Shown in pieces: positions 27,236-38,006 of a stretch of DNA of 64,000 nucleotides; position 1 is the first letter of the stretch; each line of letters begins with the position of its first letter. The position numbers and the translations under genes were made by a program. Below the pieces are notes generated by a model that worked only from the letters and a program-made list of their open reading frames with translations, was not told the origin of the DNA and ran no database searches. The DNA comes from Anthoceros angustus (taxonomy: Eukaryota; Plantae; Anthocerotophyta), in assembly GCA_010909165.1 (NCBI GenBank), contig VJWM01000063.1:1612001-1676000 (forward strand), read 5' to 3'.

Positions 27236-27315
27236 GCCACGTTACCGCAGTCCCTGGCGCGCGCATGCGAGACGCCTGTTATGGCAAACCAGAGTCACAC
27301 CCGGGTTAACGTGGC
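27236..27315. promoter_or_regulatory. Pair of ABRE-like ACGTGGC motifs upstream of OBAP
   Basis: GCCACGT at 27236-27242 (ACGTGGC on minus) and ACGTGGC at 27309-27315. Function is inferred only. Confidence 0.4.
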
Positions 27316-27840
27316 CTTTATATCCCCGGTTACCCAACACCCCACCACGAGTGCACTCATACACTTGTACACCCAGCACATACTGCCTGTAGAGCGGTAG
27401 TACCTACCCGCTGCCACTACTGTCACTACCACTTCCACTGCCAGCGTGTGATGAAAGTCAGGACATGGGCCCGCGGGCCCCATGGTGCGCGCGCGGATGC
27501 GATGCTGGTCGCTCACCAAATACAGCCCACGCGGCCTTCAAGTTGCAACGCCTTCAAACCCAGTTCACCTTCCTTCCATCCCAAGCGTGGTGCGCACTAC
27601 CCAGACAGCATCCTATAAGCTGTCAACCCCCCCACCGAGCGGCATAGCCTGGTCGTGACAGGACCCGGGAATCCAGAGCTTGCGAAATGCGGCAAGCCGC
27701 CCCGCAGACTCAGTCAAAGCTCGTTATCCGACACCCATGTAGATTGTAATCCCGTTCCGTTCCCCCCGTCGCGCTTGTGCACTCGCTTATGTTATGCTGT
27801 TTGGGACATTCACAAGTTTCACCCCTTTTCTTTTTTGTAG

Positions 27841-27935
27841 TGTCCCTCCTTGACACTCCACCCCCTCTTTATGCATTGTCCCTCCATGACACTCAACCCC
27901 TTTTCTTTTTGTAATGTCCCTCTTTGACACTCCAA
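27841..27935. repeat. ~37-bp x3 degenerate tandem repeat
   Basis: tgtccctcc(t/a)tgacactc(c/a)acc at 27841, 27877 and 27915. Confidence 0.75.
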
Positions 27936-27941
27936 CCGGCT

Positions 27942-29171
27942 ATGTCCACCGACTTAAAACTCCAGCGTGGCGGACGCAGCCAGCTGGCGTGCCACCTCGG
28001 CAGGTGACCGGGGCGTGCAACCGGGAGAAAGAGTTGTGGAGCAGGAGCAGGCTGTGACGACCTGCGACGACGTTGTCAGCTCAGGCTTGCAGCCCTTCGA
28101 CTTGGGATACGATCCACGGCTACCATCTGGCCGCTTTGAATCCTTCGGGAGCACTCCAGATTGGTTCCACAGTCCGCGGACGATCTTCTGGAGCCCGATG
28201 GCCCGAACTCGCCCTTCATAGCCACCAACGAGTAATTCGGCCACCATCACCACTGTGAGCACTCCTACACCGCCTTTGACGTCGAGACTGCACTCCTACA
28301 CCGCCTTCGATGCCGAGTCTGCTCAGCAGCCTTACTGCAACACACCTGTTTATACTGCAGGAAATCGTACGCCATTCACTTCTTTGTCACGTTCCACCGG
28401 CGTGCCACCTCGGCGGTGGCGTGCCACCTCGGCGGTGGCCCACCTCTCCATCTTAGAGACGACCTGAACCAGCGGAACGGGCGGAGGTGGCGACCGGGTT
28501 TCAACAGCGCCATTGAAAAGATGTACGTCCGCGCTCCTCAACGGATGGTCCTCTGGTAGGAACTTCCGCGCCCCTTCGTACACCACCTTGTTCAGATGTG
28601 GGGAGTACCTTGCATCCAAGTGCTTCCATAGGTGGAGTGTCATATTGACTTCAGCAAAGGGCTCGAATTCTCCACCGACGAGCATCCTAATGGCAAGATC
28701 TTCCAGGCATACGAGGGAGGCACAGCCTCTACACCTTCGCAGAGGAGGACACGGGCAAGCCGGCCAACAACAGACCTAGTTTGCCTGGAGAAGGTTTTGG
28801 TGTGTCTACAGTTGGGAGGCTGTGCCGTAAGCATGCTCATGGGACCATATCAGCAAGCTCAGTCGGGAGGCCGTGCCGTAAGCGTGCTCATGGGACCACA
28901 TCAGCAAGCTCAGTCGGGAGGCCGTGCAGTAAGCGTGCTCATGGGACCACATCAGCACGCTCAGTCGGGAGGCCGTGCCGTAAGCGTGCTCATGGAACCA
29001 CATCAGCAGGCTCAGTCGGGAGGCCGTGCCGTAAGCGTGCTCATGGGACCACATCAGCAGGCTCTGCCGCCGATTGGGCCTTCACGACTTCCATCCTTCC
29101 GGTCACCCCCGGCCGAGCTGGCCCTCCAGCTGGTTGCATCCACCATGCTGGAGTTTTAAGTTAGTGGGCAT
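27942..29171. mobile_element. Foldback-like element: ~70-bp inverted repeats enclosing a CACTA/EnSpm-type transposase fragment and a minisatellite
   Basis: 27942-28011 is the reverse complement of 29099-29171 with some mismatches. The minus ORF 28350-28685 (KVVYEGARKFLPEDHPLRSADVHLFNGAVETRSPP...NGVRFPAV) resembles the TnpD/Tnp2 region YxGHRRFLPxDHPxR...FxGxxExRxxP. Confidence 0.62.
28815..29063. repeat. 51-bp x ~5 minisatellite
   Basis: Unit ggaggccgtgccgtaagcgtgctcatgggaccacatcagcaagctcagtcg at 28815, 28866, 28917, 28968 and 29019. Confidence 0.95.
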
Positions 29172-29829
29172 CATGAATGGGACAGAGGAACACAAAGTGT
29201 TCTTCAGTCTCAACACCCTTGTTGCATTGCTTCTGTATTGTCAACACTCCCTGCCTCTCCTCCAGCGAGCAACCCAACCTCTATGGTATGTCATTTTTGG
29301 TCTCTCATCTTCAGGAATCCTCTCGTCGAATTTGGAAGCCATCTTACGAAGCAAGTCATCTGAAATTGTGGCACCTTGAGCTTGGATTGCAAGAGCCCAA
29401 GTACATCACGAAAATATTTATAAAAAAAAGAGTGAAATTTCGGGAGAAACTTCTCCGTGTCCAAAAGGCGTGCCATACTCACTTCCATGACGGCCTTGAA
29501 TATAACAACCTACAATTCTTGTGGTTGTGCTACAAACTCAATTCAATTCAATAAAAGTGGTGAGACGCACACACACGACTCCCCAGGCGGAGTCAAACGT
29601 GCCCCCTATAAAGTCCAGCAACGTGCTGGGGCAGGCTAGGCTGGTTCTGGTTTCCCTTGTGCGAGACTTTGGAAGAAACACAAAATCGCAATATTATTGG
29701 TACGAAGACATATTATTGATAGTGCATATATATTATTGAACATAATATGGGACATAGCAATAATATGTCCGATAATACCGTTATGGGAACGAAGACATAT
29801 GAAGTCAGACATACGAAGCGCGGAGAAGT

Positions 29830-29945
29830 GGGAGGCGGGGAGGCGGGGAGGCGGGGAGGCGGGGAGACAGGAAGGCGGCGGCGACGCGTGGCCGAGGAGC
29901 TTGCGGGACGGCGGCAGGGCGCCGGCGCTGGCGCTGGCGCTGGCC
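29830..29945. repeat. GC-rich low complexity: (GGGGAGGC)n and (GGCGCT)n
   Basis: Four-plus copies of the 8-mer at 29830-29866; GGCGCT runs near 29918-29945. Confidence 0.8.
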
Positions 29946-30726
29946 GGACGGGTGGACAATCCGACAGGGCCATGCATCCCGGCCGACGCCGTGGTTCCAT
30001 TGGGGCCCGGGCGGGCCCGCTCAACAGCCTCGGCCCCAACGGGAATTCAAATAAGGCGACGTTGAAGCGTGTACATATAGAGTAAAACCTGGTGACCAGA
30101 CTCGGGCTGGAGGCACCAGTCCGCGGCCTGTCCAGTCATAACCGTCCTCCTCTTGTCCTGCTGGTTCCCGGGCCCGGCGGACAGCCGGCCTTGGCCTCGC
30201 CTCCCCACTGGCTACCATCGCCACCTTCCTGGAAACCTTCCCGCATTCCATGCCACCCCGCTCCGCCCCGCCCCCCGCTTCCTCGATCGCTCCCCGCGCC
30301 GCCAGGTGAAAGCGGGACGCGCAGGCCGGGGAAACGAGGGAGCTTGGATCCCGAGGAAGGGAGGGAAAGGGAACGGAAAAGGGAAAGGGAAAGGAAGGAA
30401 AGGGGAGGGAGAGAAGGACAGGACAGGACTGGGCGGGGGAGGGGAGGGAAGGGAAGGGGAGGAATCTGCAATCGGAAGCAGAGGATCGATTGAAGTTTGC
30501 GTTTTGCGTGCGCGCTTGCGTCTGGGAGTGTGGGAGTGTGGGAGTGTCAGCCTGCGCGTGCGAGTGTGCCGTGTTGGCGACCGCGTTTTTGTGGGTTTTT
30601 GTGGGCGATTGATTACTTCCATGTCTGAGAGAGTGGTTTGTGGGCGGAGAGGGGAGATCTCGTTCAAATCCAGGGAGGAGGGGATGGTGTTGAGGCCTTG
30701 AGGGGAGGAAGCGGACAGGGGGCGGG

Positions 30727-33362
30727 ATGGGGGAAAAATCCTCGGCGACCTCGGATTGGTGCGACCTGAGCGTGAGGTGCCGCTGTTTCTGGAGATGGAA
30801 TTCGCAGGGCCTGTGCTTCCGGTGCCACGACAAGCTCAAGAACCGGACTTGCGTGCTGCCGCCCGCGGCTCTCTTCTTTCTCGCGGTGCTGCTGCTGTCG
30901 GGGCTGCTGGGGGCGGTGTTTGCGTGGCTGCTCTTCACGCCGTTCCCGCCGCACGATTTCGAGGCGCGGGCCCGGGGGGGATGCCAGCCGGACAACGAGG
31001 GGTCGTGGGCCATCGGGGTGTTCCGGGGGAAGACGCCCTTCACGTTGAAGCCGATCGAGATGGTGAGCTGCGGGAGGCGGTTCTTGGATTGTATACTTTG
31101 ATTTGGGCGGCTATGGCGGCAGAGTGGGAGGGACTAAACTGAAGGGAATGCGGTGAGTGCAGGAAAATGCGCAGAGTGATGGAGGAAATGCTTGGCCGGT
31201 GGCCAACCCGGTGCTTACCTGCGCGTCTGTTTCCAATGGGAGCCATCTGAGCAACTTTGTGGCGGATCCGTTTTTATTCATTCAGGTGGAGGAGGACGCA
31301 TTATTGGGTCTGGTTTGTGTGTGCCTTGATGGTTGGTGAGCTGTCGTGGTGGTCGGCAGTTGGAGTTTGTTGGGTTTTGTCGCTAACGGGGCCGCGCTTG
31401 CTGGATCCAGGGGAATAGGTTTTATCTGTTTTACGAGACAAAAAACAGTGTGACATTGCAAGGGGACATTGGTGTGGCGGAGAGCCTGGATGGCGGGGCG
31501 ACCTGGACGCCGCTTGGAATTGCTCTGAATGAGGAGTGGCATCTTTCCTATCCTTATGTGTTCGAGCACGCCGGAAAGGTCAGTGATTGCTGCCTGCTTG
31601 ATCGCCTCGGCTTGGTTCGTTTTCGTTTTGGTTGAGGATGAAGCAGAGGAGGAGGCAGGAGCGTTGATTGAGGTGATTCGCTGGGTGGCAGATATATATG
31701 ATGCCTGAGGGCAGCCAGAAGGGTGACCTCCGGCTGTATCGAGCAGTGGATTTCCCGCTAGAGTGGACATTGGATCGTGTGCTTATTGGGAAGCCACTGG
31801 TGGATGCAGCCCTTGTGAAATATGATGGAGTGTTTTGGATTTTGGGCTCGGATTCTACACGATTTGGGTCTGTGAAAAATGGGGAGCTGGAGATCTGGTA
31901 TTCTAGCTCCTTGTCAGGGCCATGGGCGCAGCATGGAGCGAATCCCATCCACAACCGGCACAAGAGTTTGGGCTCTCGTAATGCTGGGAGACCTATCTTT
32001 TGGGATGGGAATTTGTACCGGTTTGGGCAGGACTGTGGTGAGACATATGGGCGCAGGGTGCGAGCTTTTAAGGTTGTCAAGCTAGACAAGACTAGGTACA
32101 AGGAGGTGGAGGTGCCTCTTGGCTTTGTAGAGTCCCAAAAGGGTCGGTATGCCTGGAATGGCATGCGGTATCACCACATGGATGCTCACATGCTCCCAAC
32201 CGGAGACTGGATAGCAGCCATGGATGGAGACCGAGTGCCCAGTGGAGATATCGTCAACAGGAGATTAACCGGGTTGTTAGGATTGTTGGTACTGGCTGTC
32301 TCAAACCTGGTGCTCGGCGTCCTGTTGGGTTTCCTCCGATGTGCTCTCCCACCCAGTATGTACCTCGTCTCAGGCAGGAGCGACATTTTGGCATCTTGGT
32401 ATCGTCCTGGTTTGGGGGCAAGGATGTACAAATTCTTGCACGGTTTGAACAGAAGTAGCAGCTTCATGAGGGGCCGGGTGCGAGTCAAGAGCTGTTTCGG
32501 CTTCCTTGTGCTTGCACTCAGTTTCACCATCAGCTTGGTGGCGGTGTGCGTGATGGTCAAATGCTTTCTCGGTGGCAATGGTGCAGAAGACCCCTACCCT
32601 ATCCGACACCAGTATTCCCAGTTCACCATGGTGACCATGACCTACGACGCCCGACTCTGGAACCTCAAAATGTACATAAGGCACTACTCCAGGTGTGCAT
32701 CGGTGCGGGAAATAGTGGTGGTCTGGAACAAGGGGCAGCCTCCTGATCCTGCAGACTTCGACTCAGCCGTGCCCGTCAGAATCCGGGTGGAAAAGAAGAA
32801 CTCTCTCAACAACAGGTTCAGACCAGACCCACTTATCAGCACCAGGGCAGTACTGGAGCTGGATGACGACATAATGGTCACATGTGACGATGTGGAACGA
32901 GGCTTCAAGGCATGGCGGGAGCATCCTGGCAGAATTGTAGGCTACTACCCCCGCCTAGTAGACAGCAGCCTGGTATACAAAAACGAAAGATACGCCAGGT
33001 CCCGAGACGCCTACAACATGATGCTCACAGGTGCAGCCTTCATGGACGGGCAATCCGGCTTCGAGAAATACTGGAGCAAAGCAAACGAACAGGGCAGGGC
33101 CATCGTCGACGAGCTTCTCAACTGCGAGGACATCCTCTACAACTTCATCCTTGCCAACAGCAGCTCTGGAGTGTCGGTCCAGTACATCCACCCGTCATGG
33201 GCCGTGGACACCTCAAAGCTCTCCAGCTCAGCCATCAGTCGGAACACCCAGTCACACTACGGGAAAAGGACGAACTGTCTGAAAAGGTTCTCTGATCTGT
33301 TCGGAGGCACTCCACTGAAGAAGCAAAGCTTCCGCAGCCGGCAGGACGGTTGGGACCTGTGA
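30727..33362 (+). CDS. GINT1: Glucosamine inositolphosphorylceramide transferase 1 (GT64 family)
   Basis: GCQPDNEGSWAIGVF, WPVANPVLTCASV...NFVADPFL, QGDIGVAES...EEWHLSYPYVF, MMPEGSQKGDLRLYRA, GT64 domain FTMVTMTYDAR...NSLNNRFRPD...VLELDDDIM...NCEDILYNF and C-terminal DGWDL. Short GT-AG introns at the 5' end. Confidence 0.95.
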
Positions 33363-34232
33363 TCAAGCCTGGATGCTGGGTTTCCCTCTCGTGTACAGTA
33401 GACAGCTGGAGAGGAAGGATGTAGCTTTGGTATCTGAGGATGGTTGCTTTGTTGTGTCTTCTGTCCACAATAGTGGTGTTTTCCGCTCCTTTGCAAATAC
33501 TTCATCTTCTTTCCATGGAGCTCCGTGCCCAGCAGGCTCCTTCGGAAGCTTGTTGTCTGTGACACGTCTTCAACGCTGGTGAGTAGATGCATTCATTCCT
33601 GCCGAGTTGTGCACTTTGCGCATCTCCTACGTTGGAATGCGGAGATCTGACTTTCCAGGCTGTGTTCTTGTCATCAGGGCACGCGAGTCTTGCGGCATGA
33701 GGCCCGTGAACAACAGTGGGTCCCCACTCCCCACCAAGTATGTACACTTGCTCCCACCAAACAGAAGCCCAGAAATCGAGAACCTCCAGGCTCCAGTCTC
33801 CAGTCTCTAGGCTCCAGGCTCCAGGCTCCAGGCTCCCTGTCGGTATGCTGCTGGGCTGAATTTGCCATGCTGTAGCGGCTGATTCGGGCCCGTCCCAGAG
33901 CCGTGCTCTTCCAAATGTCAAACCATTTCAAACAGCAGGATCGGATTTAAACAACTGTTTCCTGGCAGATCCTCCGGCAGCGGCAGCGGCAGCGGCATCG
34001 GCAGCGGCGGGGGACCCTATGCTTTCGCCACAATGTGCGTTACTATTTGCCGTTCCGTGCTTGTGGAATCTGTGCCCGCTTTTTATTAACGCTAACCGTT
34101 CACATCTACCCGTGAATGATGGACTGTAAGGCCTTGGAGGAGTTTTCCTCCTGTACAATATTCAAGTTCTCCCCGTCTATGTACATATCGCTCCCCGAAC
34201 TCGCCTGTATGTGTACAGCCTCTTTCAATGTA

Positions 34233-34756
34233 CAGTCCACCCCCCCTAATTGGGACTGGTTCGGAGTGCCTTTAGAGGTCCCATTAAGGGAAGTGTCCCG
34301 ATTGTATTTTCCCTATTTAAAAATAATAAAAATATTATAAATTTTAAAACAAATCAAAAAATACCAAAAAAAAAGAAATTTTAAATTTTGATTGATAGGT
34401 TTCACTAAAAATAATTTTTACCAGTTCTTTATATAGTTGTTTGAAAGCTAGCACTCTCTAAGCGATCAAAAACCTCTACCTATCATAAAGGAAAAGCTTA
34501 GCTTAAGAGTCTTCAATCACACCTAAAAGTCTATTGTGCTCTCAAATAATGGATTCTTTTTCTTTCTTTTTAAATTTTTAGTAAAAATTAGAAATCCCAT
34601 TTAGGAGGTGAAACTAACATGAATGTATGTTTCAAGGTCCCATTATCATTTAGGAAAAGTCCCATTTATTACATTGTAAACTAAAGGAGTAGGATGGGAG
34701 GTCCCATTTAGAGAGGAATCCCATTTATAGAATTCCCAATTAGGGGCCATGACATG
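34233..34756. mobile_element. Tc1/mariner(pogo)-like MITE, copy 1
   Basis: TA|CAGTCCACCCCCCCTAATTGGGA at the left end. Right end TCCCAATTAGGGGCCATGACATG is degenerate. AT-rich interior with repeated (G/A)TCCCATT motifs. Confidence 0.65.
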
Positions 34757-35928
34757 TACATGTGCACATGGTCACCATTGCTTAAGCTCGTCCACTCCAC
34801 CTCCAACGGTTCCAAGTTAATATATAATTAAATTTTTATGTTAGTTTAAATAATATGTTTTGAATACATAGGTGCTAAAAGGATGAATGATTGATGACGT
34901 GAGTTCACGGGTATTAGAGCATCTTGATGATATATGAGAGTTTTTGCTCAAACTTATCGTTAAGTGATGATGGAATGAGAGTTCGCCTCATTGGACAAGT
35001 ACCTCCGTAACTGTAATTATACTTGATAACAATTTGGCCAAAGCTTCCGCAGCCGGCAGGACGGTTGGGACCTGTGATCAAGCCTGGATGCTGGGTTTCC
35101 CTCTCGTGTACAGTAGACAGCTGGAGAGGAAGGATGTAGCTTTGGTATCTGAGGATGGTTGCTTTGTTGTGTCTTCTGTCCACAGTGGTGTTTTCCGCTC
35201 CTTTGCAAATACTTCATCTTCTTTCCATGGAGCTCCGTGCCCAGGCTCCTTCGGAAGCTTGTTGTCTGTGACACGTCTTCAACGCTGGTGAGTAGATGCA
35301 TTCATTCCTGCCGAGTTGTGCACTTTGCGCATCTCCTACGTTGGAATGCGGAGATCTGACTTTCCAGGCTGTGTTCTTGTCATCAGGGCACGCGAGTCTT
35401 GCGGCATGAGGCCCGTGAACAACAGTGGGTCCCCACTCCCACCAAGTATGTACACTTGCTCCCACCAAACAGAAGCCCAGAAATCGAGAACCTCCAGGCT
35501 CCAGTCTCCAGTCTCTAGGCTCCAGGCTCCAGGCTCCAGGCTCCCTGTCGGTATGCTGCTGGGCTGAATTTGCCATGCTGTAGCGGCTGATTCGGGCCCG
35601 TCCCAGAGCCGTGCTCTTCCAAATGTCAAACCATTTCAAACAGCAGGATCGGATTTAAAACAACTGTTTCCTGGCAGATCCTCCGGCAGCGGCATCGGCA
35701 GCGGCGGGGACCCTATGCTTTCGCCACAATGTGCGTTACTATTTGCCGTTCCGTGCTTGTGGAATCTGTGCCCGCTTTTTATTAACGCTAACCGTTCACA
35801 TCTACCCGTGAATGATGGACTGTAAGGCCTTGGAGGAGTTTTCCTCCTGTACAATATTCAAGTTCTCCCCGTCTATGTACATATCGCTCCCCGAACTCGC
35901 CTGTATGTGTACAGCCTCTTTCAATGTA

Positions 35929-36445
35929 CAGTCCACCCCCTAATTGGGACTGGTTCAGGTGCCTTTAGAGGTCCCATTAAGGAAGTGTCCTGATTGTATT
36001 TTCCCTATTTAAAAATAATAAAATATTATAAATTTTAAAACAAATCAAAAAATACCAAAAAGAAATTTTAAATTTTGATTGATAGGTTTCACTAAAATAA
36101 TTTTTACCAGTTCTTTATATAGTTGTTTGAAAGCTAGCACTCTCTAAGCGCATCAAAAACCTCTACCTATCATAAAGGAAAAGCTTAGCTTAAGAGTCTT
36201 CAATCACACCTAAAAGTCTATTGTGCTCTCAAATAATGGATTCTTTTTCTTTTTTTTAAATTTTTAGTAAAAAAATTAGAAATCCCATTTAGGAGGTGAA
36301 ACTAACATGAATGTATGTTTCAAGGTCCCATTATCATTTAGGAAAAGTCCCATTTATTACATTGTAAACTAAAGGGAGTAGGATGGGAGGTCCCATTTAG
36401 AGAGGAATCCCATTTATAGAATTCCCAATTAGGGGGGGCCGACTG
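35929..36445. mobile_element. Tc1/mariner(pogo)-like MITE, copy 2
   Basis: TA|CAGTCCACCCCCTAATTGGGA ... TCCCAATTAGGGGGGGCCGACTG|TA: terminal inverted repeats with a TA duplication. Confidence 0.78.
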
Positions 36446-37212
36446 TATGTACATGTGCACATGGTCACCATTGCTTAAGCTCGTCCCACTCCACCCTCCA
36501 ACGGTTCCAAGTTAATATATAATTAAATTTTTTATGTTAGTTTAAATAATATGTTTTGAATACATAGGTGCTAAAAGGATGAATGATTGATGACGTGAGT
36601 TCCTGGGTATTAGAGCATCTTGATGATATATGAGAGTTTTTTGCTCAAACTTATCGTTAAGTGATGATGGAATGAGAGTTCTGGCCTCATTGGACAAGTA
36701 CCCTCCCGTAAACTGTAATTATACTTACTGTATAACAATTTGGCCAAAGCGGGCTTCAAGTTGCACTAATGCACAAATATACCACCTCCATAAAAGGCGG
36801 TAGCCGTGAACTATGCTGCACTGGACAAGGTCCACACGGTCTTGTAATATGTGCGACTCACTACGAATTGTCTTGTGTCTAAGTATATGGAGACAAAGCA
36901 TGATTTGGATATTGGATAAAGTCTTGGCATGTTAGCCTCCTTTCGAGGGACTATTAAGGGATAAGAGGGTATGAGGGAGTATAAGGGCATGTGGACGCCG
37001 GCATGCTGGTGCCGTCACTTTAATATATAGTTTGTGCTTTGCAATAATCATTACACGGGAAAGTTGGTGAACTAATAAATGTGCGAGCTATGAATAGGAG
37101 GTCTTAGGTAGAGTCTCTAACAGTTTAGTTGACATTTTGGAATCGTTTAGTTGGAGTTTCTTCTAGGATGTGAGTATAACGGCGCCCTTTAAACATAAAT
37201 TTTGCCCAAAGC

Positions 37213-37362
37213 TATAAAATTCAAGGTCACTAGTTCGAGTCATGCTTCTTTCTTTTGGCCAGTATAAAATCCAAGGTCATTAGTTCGCGTCGTGCTTCTT
37301 TGTTTTGGCTAGTATAAAATCCAAAGTCATTAGTTCAAGTCAAGCTCCTTTGTTTTGGCCAA
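37213..37362. repeat. 50-bp x3 tandem repeat
   Basis: tataaaatccaaggtcattagttc...ttttggc at 37213, 37263 and 37313. Confidence 0.88.
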
Positions 37363-37634
37363 CATAGTTTATGTTGTAAGGGTGATGGATAATTGGTTCG
37401 GTTTTAAATCCCCTTATCTAATAATTCGTAGTCTTGGACTCAAAATCATAGAAATTATTTTTGAATTTCAATAATTTTTTAAGCATTCTATATGAAATTA
37501 TTCATACACTAATATTCTTTATAGAGTTTGTGAAAGCTTGACCAATGTTATTAGGCAGTGTTGAATTTCAGTGATGTATGAGTGAAGGGCTGTCTTTGCT
37601 TGACCTTAATTGAGAACGACATCCTACAAGACCA

Positions 37635-37790
37635 TAGGCCAAACGGACACACATTTAAACAACGTGGTTGTTAAGGATCTCCGCTTCGATCGGTATTTAG
37701 ATGGGTGTTGCAGGGAATGATGCCCTTGGTGCTAGTAGCTTGGGCACACCAAAGTACAAGTTGTGAAGTATCAAGTCCCATGTTAGGAAA
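37635..37790 (-). repeat. Dispersed repeat related to the 52613-53010 array
   Basis: Reverse complement ...gtgcccaagctactagcaccaagggcatc...cccatctaaataccgatc...taaatgtgtgtccgtttggccta matches gtgcctaagctacttacaccaagggcatc...cccatctaagtatcgatc...taaatgtgtatccatttggccta. Confidence 0.72.
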
Positions 37791-38006
37791 ATTCCATCCA
37801 AGTGTACTGAAAGAGTTTTCTTGTTCTTCGTACAGCCTCTCGATCAAAATTTCGGAAAGCAAGTGTTCTGTGCACTGATCAGAATATGACAAAGCAATGT
37901 GTTGCTCTAAACTGGGCATGCTAGGTGGATGTCGTCAATTACTCATCAGATCACGTACATAGTGATGCACACATCTTTGGGCTCCTGATGAAAGCACAGA
38001 GCAAGA

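Larger units (their letters stand above)
33324..36750 (+). repeat. ~1.7-kb direct tandem duplication (copy 1 33324-35038, copy 2 35039-36744)
   Basis: Near-identical blocks beginning caaagcttccgcagccggcagg. CAAAGC sits at all three junctions (33324, 35039, 36745). Confidence 0.97.

Noticed and set aside
28815-29063. CRISPR-like regular repeats (also 52413-52488 and 37213-37362)
   Set aside because: Units are contiguous with no unique spacers, there are no cas genes, and the context is eukaryotic; these are minisatellites.
30021-31043. 340-aa minus-strand ORF and overlapping Pro/Gly/Arg-rich ORFs at 29636-30701
   Set aside because: They arise from GC-rich low-complexity DNA and the antisense of GINT1 exon 1; no recognisable domain.
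37671-37919. 82-aa minus ORF resembling a retroelement fragment
   Set aside because: No convincing motif; the region is better explained as the dispersed non-coding repeat shared with 52613-53010.
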